64,000 nt of DNA. Source: Mobula hypostoma. Lineage: Eukaryota. The stretch's first letter is position 1. Every line of letters begins with the position of its first letter. Location: positions 107,448,001-107,512,000 of the forward strand of contig NC_086107.1 in NCBI RefSeq assembly GCF_963921235.1. Reading direction: 5' to 3'. Positions 13,035-26,124 of the stretch are shown one piece after another. The position numbers were made by a program, and so were the translations under genes. The notes below the pieces were generated by a model that searched no databases, was not told the DNA's origin, and was given only the letters and a program-made list of their open reading frames with translations.

Positions 13035-13580
13035 CAAGAGAAAATCTGAAGATGCTGGAAATCCAAGCAACATACACAAAATGCTGCAGGAACTCAGCAG
13101 GCCAGGAAGCATCTGTGATCCCTGCAGAGAGCAGAATGTGAGGGGGAGGGAAAGATGTGCTTGGTGGTGGGATCCTTCTGTGACTCCCTTTTCCAGTCAT
13201 CCCTCCCTACTGATCTCCCTCCTGGCAAGTGGAACAAGTGCTCACCTTTTCTCCTTACCTGTCCATCACTTCCCTCTGGTGCTCCTCCCCCTTTTCTTTC
13301 TTCCATGGCTTTCTGTCCTCTTCTATCACACTCCCCCTTCTCCAGCCCTGTATCCCTCTCACCAATCAACTTCCCAGCTCTTTACTTCACCCCTCCCCTC
13401 CTCCCACTTTCACCTATCACCTTGTGGTTCTTCCTCCCCTACCCACTTGTTACTCTGACTCCTCACCTTATTTTCTCCTGTTCCAGTGAAGGATCTTGGC
13501 CCAAAACATTAACTCTACTCTTTTCTATCTTTTCCATCGATGCTGCCTGGCCTGCTGAGTTCCTCCAGCAATTTGTATTT
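13035..13580. mobile_element. Older Penelope-like terminal-repeat copy with inverted ends
   Basis: gatgctggaaatccaagcaac...gaactcagcaggcc at the left end and its reverse complement at the right end; degenerate hammerhead at about 13484. Confidence 0.7.
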
Positions 13581-13769
13581 CACTGACATGGCGATCAGTG
13601 GCCATATGAAGCATGCAGAACCAGGGAGCCATTACTTTATATGGCAACTAGTTGTAATGTGGACTGCATTACCCAGGAGAGGCTGGGTGAGGAGGGTGGC
13701 AGTTGATTCATCATTCAGAAGCAATAACATTGGAAGGGTGAGATGATCTGAGATTTTCAAAGAGCTGAA

Positions 13770-13873
13770 TTCTCTCTCTTTCCCTCCCCCCACTTTCTCT
13801 CCCTCTTTTTCTCTCTCTTCTCTCCTTCTCCCTCGCTTTTTCTTTCTCCCTCTCCCTCTCTCTTCTCACTCAC

Positions 13874-13915
<42 letters not shown>

Positions 13916-13931
13916 ACACACACACACACAC

Positions 13932-13965
<34 letters not shown>

Positions 13966-14091
13966 ACACACTCACACACGCACACACACACACACACTCA
14001 CACACACACACACACACACACACAGACCACACACACACACACACACTCACACACACACACACACACTCACACACACACACACTCACACACT

Positions 14092-14123
<32 letters not shown>

Positions 14124-14135
14124 CACACTCACACA

Positions 14136-14183
<48 letters not shown>
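13770..14183. repeat. CT-rich tract followed by a (CA)n microsatellite (about 13866-14183)
   Basis: Direct inspection. Confidence 0.97.
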
Positions 14184-14184
<1 letters not shown>

Positions 14185-15649
14185 CCCTCCCTCCCCATCC
14201 TGAACCACAACCTATGGATTCACTTCCAAAGACTCTGCAACTCACCTTCTCAGTATTATTTACTTATTTATTTATTTATTTATATTTTATAATTTGCACA
14301 GTTTGCTGTTGCACATTGGCTGTTTGTCAGTCTTTCTGCGTAGTTTTTCAGTTATTTTATTTCATCTAGTGTGAATGCCTGCATTCAAGGTAGTATATGG
14401 TGCCGCACTGCTTAAGTACTTTGATAATAAATTATTTTGAACTTCTTTGTCCTCTCTCTTTCTCTCTCCCTCTTTCTCCCTGGGAGAAGTTCTACAAAGT
14501 CTTGTAGATGACAAACAACTGAGGTGATTACTGATAAAATACTTCAGGCTGGGATCTTCAGATTTATATTATACTGGACATCCATTTGAACACCACCAGC
14601 AACATTGTTTGGTTTGGCCTCCTTTTATGGTTTTAGAAATAGTCGAGATCTGTTCAGGTTTCAAATTAACACAGCACTTATGTTACGTCCACAATGGCTA
14701 TCCAGAGCTCCCAGTTGCACGCTATTTCAATTCCCCTTCCATTTCCATACCAACCGATCAGTCCTCTATTTTCTCTACTGCCAAGGGCAGGTCAATCAGT
14801 AGCGTGAAGATCAATACTTCATATTCCTCTTTGATATTCTACAACCAACTTCAGATAGTCCTTGCCTCCTATGTCTCGTCCTCACCCTCAGAATCAACTC
14901 CTACCCACTTTTTTTACATATCCACTTCCACCCCACCCCCTCCGCAATCTCCCATTTTTCTTCTCCACTCCCCCACTTACTGGGTGGCAGGGAGTGGAGA
15001 TAAGTCTCTACCAAAGGAGGTTTAAGGTGCTCCTTCCCCCCACTAGCCTGCAGACCACCCTTGGGCAAGGTGTAGCACCTGTTTAGCCCCCGATCAGGGT
15101 CATGTTAAACCATGGGAGCAGGTGATTGATGGCCGTATGATCACAAGTCCTGGTTGTGTGATCGCTGACCCCAGGCAGACAATCTCTGAAGAGTATTGAT
15201 AATGGTTGGGGTCACCCATCTTGTAAAGACACTGCCCAGAAGAAGGCAATGGCAAAGTACTTCTGTAGAGATGCTTGACAAGAGCGATCATGGTCAGGGA
15301 AAGACCATGATCGCCCATGTCATAATAATATGGCAAATAATGAACAAACGAACCCCCACCTAGTTCTATCCACCTAATACGCTTCACAAGTGCTTCAGTC
15401 ACACAACATGAGAACAGGATCTTCAATTGTGCTGACCATTTGCACTCATTCCCTTTTATTCTCTCTCATTATACACACTCCTTTCCCATTGGGTCTCCTA
15501 AACCCTCCCCTATCTGGTTTCACCTGTCCATCAGCCTCCCTTATCTGGTCACATTAATCAACTTCCTTATCAGAACCCAGAATCTGCACTTCCTGTGCCT
15601 CCACTTATCACTTTATAGCTTCTCTCTCTAACTTCACCCTCCTCTCTCT

Positions 15650-16045
15650 CATAGAGACATAAAAAAGTAAAGCACAGAAAGCAGGCCCTTTGGCCCATCT
15701 AGTCGATGCTGAACCACTTGCCTACTCCCATCGACATGCACCACTTGCGCTGACAACTCATTCCACACTCTCACCATACTCTGAGTGAAAAACGTTTCCC
15801 CTCGTGTTCCCCTTAAACTTCTCACCTTTCACCCTTAACCCATGACTTCTAGTTGTAGTCCCACCCAACCTCAGCGGAAAAGCCTGCTTGCCTTTACCCT
15901 ATCTATACCCCTCATGATTTTGTATACCTCTATCAAATCTCCTCTCAATCTGTTACATTCCAAGGAATAAAGTCCTAACCTATTCAATCTTTCTATATAA
16001 CTCAGAACTGGCAACAGCCTTGTAAATTTTCTCTGTACTCTTCCT
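15650..16045 (-). mobile_element. CR1 LINE 3' end
   Basis: ERLNRLGLYSLE..RLRGDLIEVYKIMRGIDRV. Confidence 0.85.
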
Positions 16046-16912
16046 AACTTATTTACACCTGGCTCCACCTGGCTCCTTCTGCTTTTTTTTCCTTTACCAC
16101 TCCTTTTCCTATGCTGTTTCCACCTGTCACCCCCAGCCTGTCTCCCAACTCCACATCCTCTCCCTCCCCAAGTTGGTTCCATCTTTCTGTCATCCTTCAC
16201 TCCAATCATCTGTGGTTCTCATCCTCAGCCCTCCCCACTCTCCCCTGTACACTGGCTCTCCTTCCACTAAGCTCTCAGTCCTGCTACAGTGTCTCCACAT
16301 GAGACATCGACCGTGCCCTTCTATCCACGGATGCTGCTTGTTCATTCAATAGTTTGTTATTTTAAATCCAAAACCAAGCTAAAACCAAGAATTCCCACTT
16401 CTTAATACCCAATCATCACTGTAAAGATAATAATCTCAAATCTGCTACAATCCAGTATCATGACTGGGGCATATGATGCACACTCATTTTATCCATCATA
16501 ACAGGCTTCTATATGCCGTCCCCCACCCACCAATCTTCCTCCTCACCTGGTCTCACCTATCAGCTGCCAGTTTGTACTCCTTCCCCTCCCTCCATATTTT
16601 TATTCTAGCTTCTGCCCCCCTTCCTTTCCAGTCCCAATAAAGGGTCTCAGACCAAAAGGTCGAATGTTTATTCCCTTCCATAGATGCTGCTTGACCTGCT
16701 GAGTTCCTCCAGTATTTTGTGTGTGTTGCTCCAGATTTTCCAGCACTTTCTGTGTTTTGATCAAGGTTTCCAGCATCAAAAAGGCAAGCATCCATCATTA
16801 AGGACCCCCTTCAACCAGGATGCCCTCTTCTCACTGCCACCATCAGGAAGAAGGTACAGAAGCCTGAAGGCACACACTCAACAATTCAGGAACAGCTTCT
16901 TCCCCTCTGCTG

Positions 16913-18274
16913 GTGGATAAATTGATGGAAAGTATTCTTAGAGATGGTATATATAATTATCTGGATACACAGGGTCTGATTAGGAACAGTCAACATGGAT
17001 TTGTATGTGGAAGGTCATGTTTGACAAATCTTATTGAATTTTTTGAAGAGGTTACTAGGAAAGTTGACGAGGGTAAAGCGGTGGATGTTGTCTATATGGA
17101 CTTCAGTAAGGCCTTTGACAAGGTCCCACGTGGAAGGTTGGTTAGGAAGGTTCAATCGTTAGGATTTAATATTGAAGTAGTAAAATGGATTTAGCAGTGG
17201 CTGGATGGGAGACGCCAGAGAGTGGTGGTGGATAACTGTTTGTCGGATTGGAGGCCAGTGACTAATGGTGTGCCTCAGGGATCTGTACTGGGTCCAATGT
17301 TATTTGTCATATACATTAATGATCTGGATGATGGGGTGGTAAATTGGATGAGTAAGTATGCAGATGATACTAAGATAGGTGGAGTTGTGGATAATGAAGC
17401 AGGTTTTCAAAGCTTGCAGAGAGTTTTAGGACAGTTAGAAGAGTGGGCTGAAAGATGGCAGATGGATTTTAATGCTGATAAATGTGAGGTGCTACATTTT
17501 GGTAGGACTAATCAAAATAGGACATACATGGTAAATGGTAGGGCATTGAAGAATGCAGTAGAACAGAGGGATCTAGGAATAATGGTGCATAGTTCCCTGA
17601 AGGTGGAATCTCATGTGGATAGGGTAGTGAAAAAAGCTTTTGGTATGCTGGCCTTTATAAATCAGTGCATTGAGTATAGGAGTTGGGATGTAATGTTGAA
17701 ATTGTACAAGGCATTGGTGAGGCCAAATTTGAAGTGTTATGTACAGTTTGGTCACCGAATTATAGGAAACATGTCAACAAATTAGAAACAGTACAGAGAA
17801 GATTTACTAGAATGTTACCTGGGTTTTATCACCCAAGTTACAGAGAAAGGTTGAACAAGTTGGGTCTTGATTCTTTGGAACGTAGAAGGTTGAGGGGGGA
17901 CTTGATAAAGGTATTTAAAATTATGAGGGGGATAGATAGAATTGACATGGATAGGCTTTTTCCATTGAGAGTGGGGGAGATTCAAACAAGAGGACATGAG
18001 TTGAGAGTTAAAGGGCAAAAGTTTAGGGGTAACATGAGGGGGAACTTCTTTACTCAGAGAGTGGTGGCTGTGTGGAACGAGCTTCCAGCAGAAGTGGTTG
18101 AGGCAGGTTCGATGTTGTCATTTAAAGTTAAATTGGACAGCTATATGGACAGGAAAGGTATGGAGGGTTATGGACCGAGTGCAGGTCGGTGGGACTAGGT
18201 GAGAGTAAGAGTTCGGCACGGACTAGAAGGGCTGAGATGGCCTGTTTCCGTGCTGTAATTGTTATATGGTTATA
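16913..18274 (+). mobile_element. Young 5'-truncated CR1 LINE (RT domain to 3' end), inserted in a Rex1 fragment
   Basis: QHGF..GRSCLTNL, DFSKAFD, GVPQGSVLGP, YADD and FTQRVV.VWN.LP motifs. Short duplication tgctg at 16908-16912 and 18275-18279. Confidence 0.95.
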
Positions 18275-18945
18275 TGCTGTCAGATTACTGAATGGACATT
18301 GAAACCATAAACACTACCTCTCTACTTTTTCATTTCTATTTTTGCACTACTTATTTAATTTAACTATTTAATATATACTTACTGTAACTAACAGCTTTTA
18401 CTCCATTATTATGAATTGCATTGTACTGCTGCTGCAAAGAAAACAAATTTCATGACATATACTGGTGATGTTAAAACTGATTCTGATCTGCAGAATCTCT
18501 TATGTTTAGATTTCTGTGCGTGTCCACATAAAAAAAGAATTTCTTTCTTTTCGCTCTGCTTGTCAAACTTTCCATCTTGGAAACGCGCTCAGCCTGAATT
18601 GCATCTCCTTGGATCATGATTCAATGTTCAAGCTCATTTGTCACATGTACATCAAAACATACATTTTGAGTTAACAACCAACACACCCGAGGGTATGCTG
18701 GGGGCAGCCCACAAGTGTTGCCACACATTCCAGCAGCAACATAGCATACCTATAATGCTCAGCAGAACAACACAAAACACAACAAGCAACAGACAAAGAA
18801 TGACAAAACTAAGCTCCATTCCTCTCTCCCACCCATGAACATACACCACCCTTTAACCTCAAGACAGGCCTCCAGTGGACACAGACTCAGTTCCAACCAG
18901 CGGGCTTCTGAATCACCCTCAGGTCTCTATCCGCAGCATCGATAC

Positions 18946-19015
18946 CTGCCCTTTTAAGCAGCTTCTCTTGCCAATGGCTGACTGTTTGCCCTCCCACTCC
19001 AAGGGAGATCCCTTG
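18946..19015 (-). CDS. Internal coding exon D of the putative BRINP-like gene: QGISLGVGGQTVSHWQEKLLKRA
   Basis: Acceptor gcttctcttgcag|CAA, donor CAG|gtatcg. 70 nt, phase 0->1. With the next exon it gives LLKRAV, resembling recalled BRINP1 LLRSAV. Confidence 0.55.
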
Positions 19016-19872
19016 CTGCAAGAGAAGCTTCCTCACAGCATTGATATGGTGACAAGGTATTCACTGTTATAAAACCATAAAACCATAAAAATTAGGAGCA
19101 GAACTAGGCCATTTGGCCCATCGAGCCAGCTCTGCCATTACATCATGGTTGATCCATTTTCCCTCTTAGCCCCAATCTCCTGCCTTCTCCCCGTATCCCT
19201 ACATGCCCTGACCAATCGAGAATCTATCAACCTCTGCCTTAAATATAAATAAAGACTAGCCCTCCAGAGCTGCCTGTGGCAAAAAATTCCACTTTTTGGC
19301 TAAAGAAATTCCTCCTTATCTCTGTTCTATAAGGACAATCCTCTACTCTGAGGCTATAGAATCCTTAGGCATGGAGTTAAGAAACTGCAAGGGTAGAAGG
19401 ACCCTGATGGGAGTTATATACTGCCCTCTGAACAGTAGCCAGGACGTAGGATACAAATTATAACGGGAGATGGAAAGTGTATGTCAAAAGGGCAATGTTA
19501 TGATAGTCATGGAGGATTTCAATATTCAGGTAGATTGGGAAAATCAGGTTGGTGCTGGATCGCAAGACAAGGAATTTGTAGAATGCCTATCAGATGGATT
19601 ATTAGAACAGCTTGTGGTTGAGCCTACTAGAGAAAAGGTAATTCTGCATTGGGTGTTGTGTAATGAACCAGATATGAGTAGGGAGCTTAAGATAAAGGAG
19701 AAGCAGTAGCTCCCCTGCCTCCATCTTCTTGCTCTGGCTTCTCATCTTGTTTTCCAGTCCTGATGAAAGGTCTCGGCCCGAAACATTCACTGTTTATTCA
19801 TTTCCATAGATGCTGCCTGACCCGCTGGGTTCCACCAGCATTTGGTGTGTTTTGCCTTAAAATAAATGAGCC

Positions 19873-20305
19873 CTTAGGAGGCACTGATCGTAATGCTGGA
19901 ATTCACACTGCAGATTGAGAGGGCGAATCTAAAATCACCAACATCCTCAAATGCCTTCCATGCGATTTTCTCTGGTCTCCAAACTAGAAATTCTTCGAAT
20001 TGACACACACAAAATGCTGGAGGAACTCCGTAGGTCAGGCAGCATCTGTGGAGAAGAGTACAGTTGATGTTTTGGGCCAAGACCCTTTGGCAGTACTTTA
20101 TCGATGACCTGGTTGATATGTGCACCAACAAAAATCTTGGTGTCAGTTATTCTGACTTGAATTATGAATTAAAATAACAAATAAAGACTAATTTTAAAAA
20201 ATGGTGTCTGATAGGAACATTTCATGGCAATTTTCATAACCAGCAGCTCAAAATCCATAAGATACACCCAAAAGTATTCAGGAAACAAAATCTTTGTTAT
20301 TAGTC
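19873..20305 (-). mobile_element. Internally deleted Chapaev3-like (CMC) DNA transposon, interrupted by a Penelope-like fragment at about 20003-20090
   Basis: Remnant peptide RITDTKIFVGAHINQVID / QFEEFLVWRPEKIAWKAFEDV resembles the DAKIKEGIFVGPQI...EK.AW.AF.DV transposase segment (recalled). Related subterminal motifs at both ends. Confidence 0.55.
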
Positions 20306-20717
20306 AATGGAGCACTACCAAACAGCCTGGATTTTTGATCCAGAGACAAAGGTAAAGTAGGGAAATTTGAATTGCAATATTAGCTATTATAAAAACAATG
20401 GAATTTTGAAAAATAATGTGCCAGTAACTGTGACCACAAAACTACCAGATTGTCAGAAAACCCAACTTCATTCTAATTGGTTCATCAGATTATGTACAGT
20501 TCTGGTCACCAAATTGTAGGAAAGATGTCAATAAAATTGAGAGAGTACAGAGGAGGTTTACTAAAATGTTGCCTGGGTTTCATCTCCTAAGTTACAGAGA
20601 AAGGTTGAACAAGTTGGGCAAACAACAGGAATTCTGCAGATGCTGGAAATTCAAGCAACACACATAAAAGTTGCTGGTGAACGCAGCAGGCCAGGTAGCA
20701 TCTCTAGGAAGAGGTGC

Positions 20718-20753
20718 AGTCGACGTTTCAGGCCGAGATCCTTCGTCAGGACT
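20718..20753 (-). ncRNA. Minimal type I hammerhead ribozyme motif
   Basis: agtc-CTGACGA-aggatctcggcct-GAAA-cg-TC-gact on the minus strand. Confidence 0.7.
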
Positions 20754-21188
20754 AACTGAAGGAAGAGTGAGTAAGGGATTTGAAAGTTGGAGGGGAAGGG
20801 GGAGATCCAAAATGATAGGAGAAGACAGGAGGGGGAGGGATAGAGCCAAGAGCTGGACAGGTGACAGGCAAAAGGGATACAAGAGGATCATGGGACAGGA
20901 GGTCCGGGAAGAAAGACACCCATCTGTTACTTATTTTTATACACACATTCTTTCTCTCACTCTCCTTTTTCTCCCTCTGTCCCTCTGAATATACCTCTTG
21001 CCCATCCTCTGGGTCCCCCCCCTTGTCTTTCTTCCCGGGCCTCCTGTCCCATGATCCTCTCGTATCCCTTTTGCCTATCACCTGTCCAGTTCTTGGCTCC
21101 ATCCCTCCACCTCCTGTCTTCTCCTATCATTTTGGATCTCCCCCTCCACCTCCAACTTTCAAATCCCTTACTCACTCTTCCTTCAGTT

Positions 21189-21224
21189 AGTCCTGACGAA
21201 GGGTCTCGGCCTGAAACGTCGACT
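21189..21224 (+). ncRNA. Minimal type I hammerhead ribozyme motif
   Basis: Stem I agtc/gact, core CTGACGA 21193-21199, stem II in 21200-21212, GAAA 21213-21216, palindromic ACGT stem III. Predicted cleavage after GTC at 21220. Confidence 0.75.
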
Positions 21225-21784
21225 GCACCTCTTCCTAGAGATGCTGCCTGGCCTGCTGCGTTCACCAGCAACTTTTATATGTGTTGCTTGAACAAGTTGG
21301 GTCTTTATTCTTTGGAGCGTAGAAGGTTGAGCGGGGACTTGATAAAGGTGTTTAAAATTATGAGGGGGTTTTATGGAGTTGATGTGGATAGGCTTTTTCC
21401 ATTGAGAGTGGGGGAGATTCAAACAAGAGGACATGAGTTGAGAGTTAAAGGGCAAACATTTAGGGGTAACATGAGGGGGAATTTCTTTACTCAGAGAGTG
21501 GTAGCTGTGTGGAATGAGCTTCCAGCAGAAGTGGTTGAGGCAGGTTCAATGTTGTCGTTTAAAGTTAAATTGGCTAGATATATGGACAGGAAGGGAATGG
21601 AGGGTTATGGGCTGAGTGCAGGTCGGTGGGACTAGGTGAGAGTAAGAGTTCGACACGGACTAGAAGGGACGAGATGGCCTGTTTCCGTGCTGTAATTGTT
21701 ATATGGTCGTTATATTATAGAACGGTCAATGGAACTACGAACTATTTTTGCTCTCTTTTTGCAGTACTTCCTTTTTAACTACAT

Positions 21785-22318
21785 TTGGTGGCACTATATT
21801 AGGTTCAGGGGTGGAACACAGTGTGGTCCTCTGCTGCTGTCGCTCATCTACTTCGAGGTTCAATCTGTTGTGTGTTCAGAGATGCTATTCTGCACACTAC
21901 TGTTGTAATGTGTGGTTATTTGAGCTACTGTTGCCTTCCTGTCAGGCTGAAGCAATATGGTCATTTTTCTCCGACCTCTCTCATTAACAAGGCATTTTCA
22001 CCCACAGAACTGCCTCTCACTGGATGATTTCTTTTCCAGTTTTTCACACCATTCTCTGCAAACTCTTGTGATTGAAAATCCCAGGAGATCCGCAGTTTCT
22101 GAGATAGTCAAACCACCCCTATTGCAACAATCACTCCACTATCAAAATCACTTAGGTCACATTTCTCCCCCATTCTGATGTTTGGTCTGAACAACAACTG
22201 AACCTCTTGACCATGTCTGCATGCTTTTATGCATAGCGTTGCGGCCACGTGATTGGCTTATTAGATATTTGCGATAATGAGCAAGTGTACAGGTGTAGCT
22301 AATAAAGTGGCTACAGTG
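21785..22318 (-). mobile_element. Tc1-derived non-autonomous element
   Basis: Reverse complement of the 4872 family; terminus aggtgtagctaataaagtggctacagtg. Confidence 0.8.
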
Positions 22319-22414
22319 TTCTTATTGTAATTTATAATATATTTTATGTACTGCACTATTCTGCTGCTGCAAAATAACAAATTTCACGACATCTGTTAGC
22401 GATGATGTGTGAAA

Positions 22415-22705
22415 CAGCACAGTAGCATAGTGGTTAGCATAACGCTTTACAGTTACAGCTGAGCTGGGTTCAATTCCCGCCACTGCCTGTAAGGAGTTTG
22501 TACATTCTCACCGTGACTGAGTGGGTTTCCTCCAGGTGCTCTGGCTCCCCCCCCCACCACAGTCCAAAGTCGTACCAGTTGGTAGGTTAACTGGTCATTG
22601 TAAATGGTCCCATGATTAGGCTAGGATTAAATCAGGGGTTGCTGGGTGGCACAGCTGGAATGGTTGGAAAGGCCTGTTCCACGCTATATCTCAAAAAATA
22701 AATAA
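22415..22705 (+). mobile_element. V-SINE (tRNA-derived head, V domain, A-rich tail)
   Basis: A box tagcatagtgg, B box ggttcaattcc and V domain gtgggtttcctccaggtgctctgg. Confidence 0.8.
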
Positions 22706-23788
22706 GTAATCCTGATTCTGCATCTGATTGCCACCGGGAATGGAAATCTGTTTCCATTGGTGGCTCCAGAGCCACTGCTGTGGTTAACTCCTGGATAGCC
22801 TCCGAAATAGACCAGAAAGCCATTCAATTCAAGGGTAACTGTTTTGTTGATATGTTTCTTTCTTTTTTCATCTTCTTATTAATTTTCAAATTCATAAACA
22901 TAGCAACAATACTATACAAAGAGATTGGGATTACATTATTGGTAATTAACATATGCAAATAAAAACTACAGATAATACAAGTATATTAGGCCTCCCAAAC
23001 TCTTCATATATTTAAACATGATAAGAAGAAAAATGAAAATATATCAAGAAAAAAACACAAATTTATAAAAAAAACTAAACTAAACTGAACCAAAAACTAA
23101 ACAAAACTAAACAAAGCTAGGCTATTATATTACATAGCCCAGCTCTGTTGATACGTTTCTGTTGCCATTTTTAAGTTAATGAACTGGCTATCCTTTTCCA
23201 ATTCTTCATTTTCTCCTGAACAGTTCTACCCTAGTCTCTTTATACACTTCCTAGTTATTTTTATAGAGCCAGCAGAGCACTAAAACCTTGCTTCTCTTTC
23301 TGTCCTAATTCATTATCCTCTCATCAAATTTATGAGTCTCCAGAACATTATTAATAGTCTTGGATTTATAAAATACAAAATGGCTTATTAACACATCAAT
23401 ATCCTTTTTATGGATGTGCTAAAATAAAGCAGAATAAATTATCCATCAAATCTTTGGGTAATAACAACAAGTTGAACTTGTAAAGTGCCTAGAACAATAA
23501 AATTGGCCTAAAGTGCACTAACAATGGTTACTTATATATAGCAAGCATCTTCAAATTGAGTAGCACACACAAAAGGCTGGGGGAACTTCGCAGGTCAGGC
23601 AGCATCTATGAAGGGAATAAACAGTTGGTGTTTCGGGTCAAGGCCGCCATCAGGGCTGGAAAGGAAGGAGAAAGAAGCCAGAATAAGAGGAAGGGGGAGG
23701 TGGAGGGGAAAGTGTACAAGCTCGAAGGTGACTTCATCCACCATCCCTTCCCCACACACCTAGCTTCACCTATCACCTATCAATTACT

Positions 23789-23983
23789 GCAACATACATC
23801 AAAGTTGCTGGTGAACGCAGCAGGCCAAGCAGCATCTATAGGAAGAGGCGCAGTCGCCAGTCCTGACGAAGGGTCTCGGCCTGAAACGCCTCTTCCTATA
23901 GATGCTGCTTGGCCTGCTGCGTTCACCAGCAACTTTGATGTATGTTGCTTGAATTTCCAGCATCTGCAGAATTCCTGTTGTTT
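23789..23983. mobile_element. 195-bp palindromic Penelope-like insertion with a 14-bp TSD
   Basis: Perfect 62-bp arms 23789-23850 and 23887-23948. TSD acctatcaattact at 23775-23788 and 23984-23997. Confidence 0.92.
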
Positions 23984-24834
23984 ACCTATCAATTACTACC
24001 CATCAACCATCAGGCTCTAGAATAAAAGGGGATAACCACACTCAACTTCCCTTGCCCCATCACTGAAGTGTTCCCACAACCAATGAGCTCACTTTCAAGG
24101 ACTCTGTATCTCATGTTCTCATTATTTATTGCTATTTATTTATATTTGCATTTGCACAGTTTGTTGTCTTCTGCACTCTCGTTGATCTTTCATTGACCCT
24201 GTTATTGTTACTATTCTGTAGATTTGCTGAGGATGCCCACAAGAAAATTAACTTCATGGTTGTATATGGTAACATATATGTACTTTGATAATAAAATTTA
24301 CTTTGAACTTCCCTTTCCAATCCTGATAAAAGGTCTCAGTCTGAAATGTCGACTGTTTATTCCTTTCCATAGATACTGCCTGACCTGTTGAATCTGTCTA
24401 GCAGTTTGTGTGGTGTACTCTGGATTTCCAACATCTGAAGACTCTCCTGTTTATCGTCGGTATGAGATGTGTCTCTTATGGAGTTATATGGAGAAATGGG
24501 CACTATGTAAAGCTGTGGAGATTAAAAATAAAATGTAGCAGATGCTAAGAATCCCGAACAAAAGTGCTGGACATATTTAACAAAGGAGGTTCTGCAGAGT
24601 AACACACACAACATGTTGGAGAAACTCAGCAGGTCAGGCAGCATCCATGTCGTGGAATTAAAAAGTTGACATTTCGAGTTGAGACATTTACAAGTATTGG
24701 AAAGTAAAGGGGATAGAAGCAGGTTAAAGTATTAGATATAATTGAAAAAGAATTTTTGATGTAGCTGGTGGAAGGTGTCTGGAACCCATGGCTGAAAGAG
24801 GTGATAGAAACTGAAGCCCTCATTATACTTGGAT

Positions 24835-25225
24835 GTCCTCCAAGAGGGCTACAACCTCATCATAAGGTTTGGAGGCTTGCCTACCTCAATGGCCCAGAGA
24901 GTTATGTTGGCTGGAGTCAGGGATTTATGCTTTGGCTCTTGGTAGGGTCACCCATGCCAAACAGATCAAAGATTAGTGACCAGACTAAGAGTGGTCTACT
25001 GATCCTCCAGGTTTTGGGGTTCAGCTCAGAGCTAACAACCTTGACTGGTCAAACAGAATAGTTACAGAAACAGCGATGAAGAATCCTTCTACGTTTGAGT
25101 GCGACGGTCCTGAGTCTCCACCCGAGACTTGCTTGAACGACTGTAGTGAAAACCGAGCTACTGACACAATGGAGGAAGACCTGAACACCACCAGAGATGG
25201 AGGACTTTCATTGCTGCTCTGAACA
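24835..25225 (+). mobile_element. Repeat resembling an RTE/Rex3-type 5' region (related copy at about 36128-36500)
   Basis: Shared blocks gaggcttg... and ctc(c/t)tgg(c/t)agggtcacccatgc...agatcaa. Confidence 0.5.
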
Positions 25226-26124
25226 TGGGCAGTAAGTAGGTAATACTTGGATAGGTACCAGATGAATTGTGACAAATTGTCGAGAGAGAAAGAGATTTAA
25301 TATCTCAGGTCAATGACCTTTCATCAGATTCTCTGGACCTCATTCTGGGGCAGGCTGCATGGAGATGACTCCCACATGTTGAGCGAGTAATACCATGCAA
25401 GTTGGATCTGCCTACTACAAGCTAAAGGGAAATCTAATGCACAGAATAGCCCTTTTTATACTGCTGGAGTTTCTGATGTTGAAGATTTTCCAGGGTCTTC
25501 AAGTGATGAGTGACTGTGTAAATGCAAGGTATTACTAATCAGGCCATCTGCCTCTCTGGTTAGTCAGCTTCCTTGGGTCATTAGCTGGGAGTAGGTGTGA
25601 CTGCACAGGTCATATTTGGCTTCAGGAAGGAGTAGTCATGGAGGGGCCTAGTGCCCAGGCATTCAATAATTAAAGCAATCATGTACATGTAAGACCAGAA
25701 GACTGTAGGAGACAGAAGCAAAGTTAGACCATTCGGCCCATTGAGTCTGCTCTGACATCCAATCATGGCTGATTTATTATCCCTCTCAACGCCATTCTCC
25801 TGCCTTCTCCCCGGAGCCTTTGACACCCTTACTAACCAAGAATCTATCACCCTCCACTTTAATATACCCAATGACTTGGCCTCCACAGCCATCTGTTACA
25901 ATGAATTCTACCCTCTGGCTAAAGAAATTCCTCTTCATCTCTGTTTTAAAGGAATGTCCTTCTATTCTCAGGCTATGCCCTTTTGTCCTAGATACCCCAC
26001 TACAGAAAACATCCACTCCACATCCACTCTGTCTAGGCCTTACAATATTCAATAGGTTTCAGTACTACCCCCCACCCCCATTCTAAACTCCAGCAAGAGC
26101 AAGCCCAGAGTCAACAAAACATTA

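Larger units (their letters stand above)
20619..21290. mobile_element. Penelope-like terminal-repeat insertion with inverted arms and a 14-bp TSD
   Basis: 20646-20918 is the inverted copy of about 21025-21292. TSD ttgaacaagttggg at 20605-20618 and 21288-21301. Confidence 0.9.
20488..21715 (+). mobile_element. Young CR1 LINE 3' portion split by a palindromic Penelope-like insertion
   Basis: Highly similar to 17740-18274. The reading frame resumes at NKLGLYSLERRR after the insert. Confidence 0.92.
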
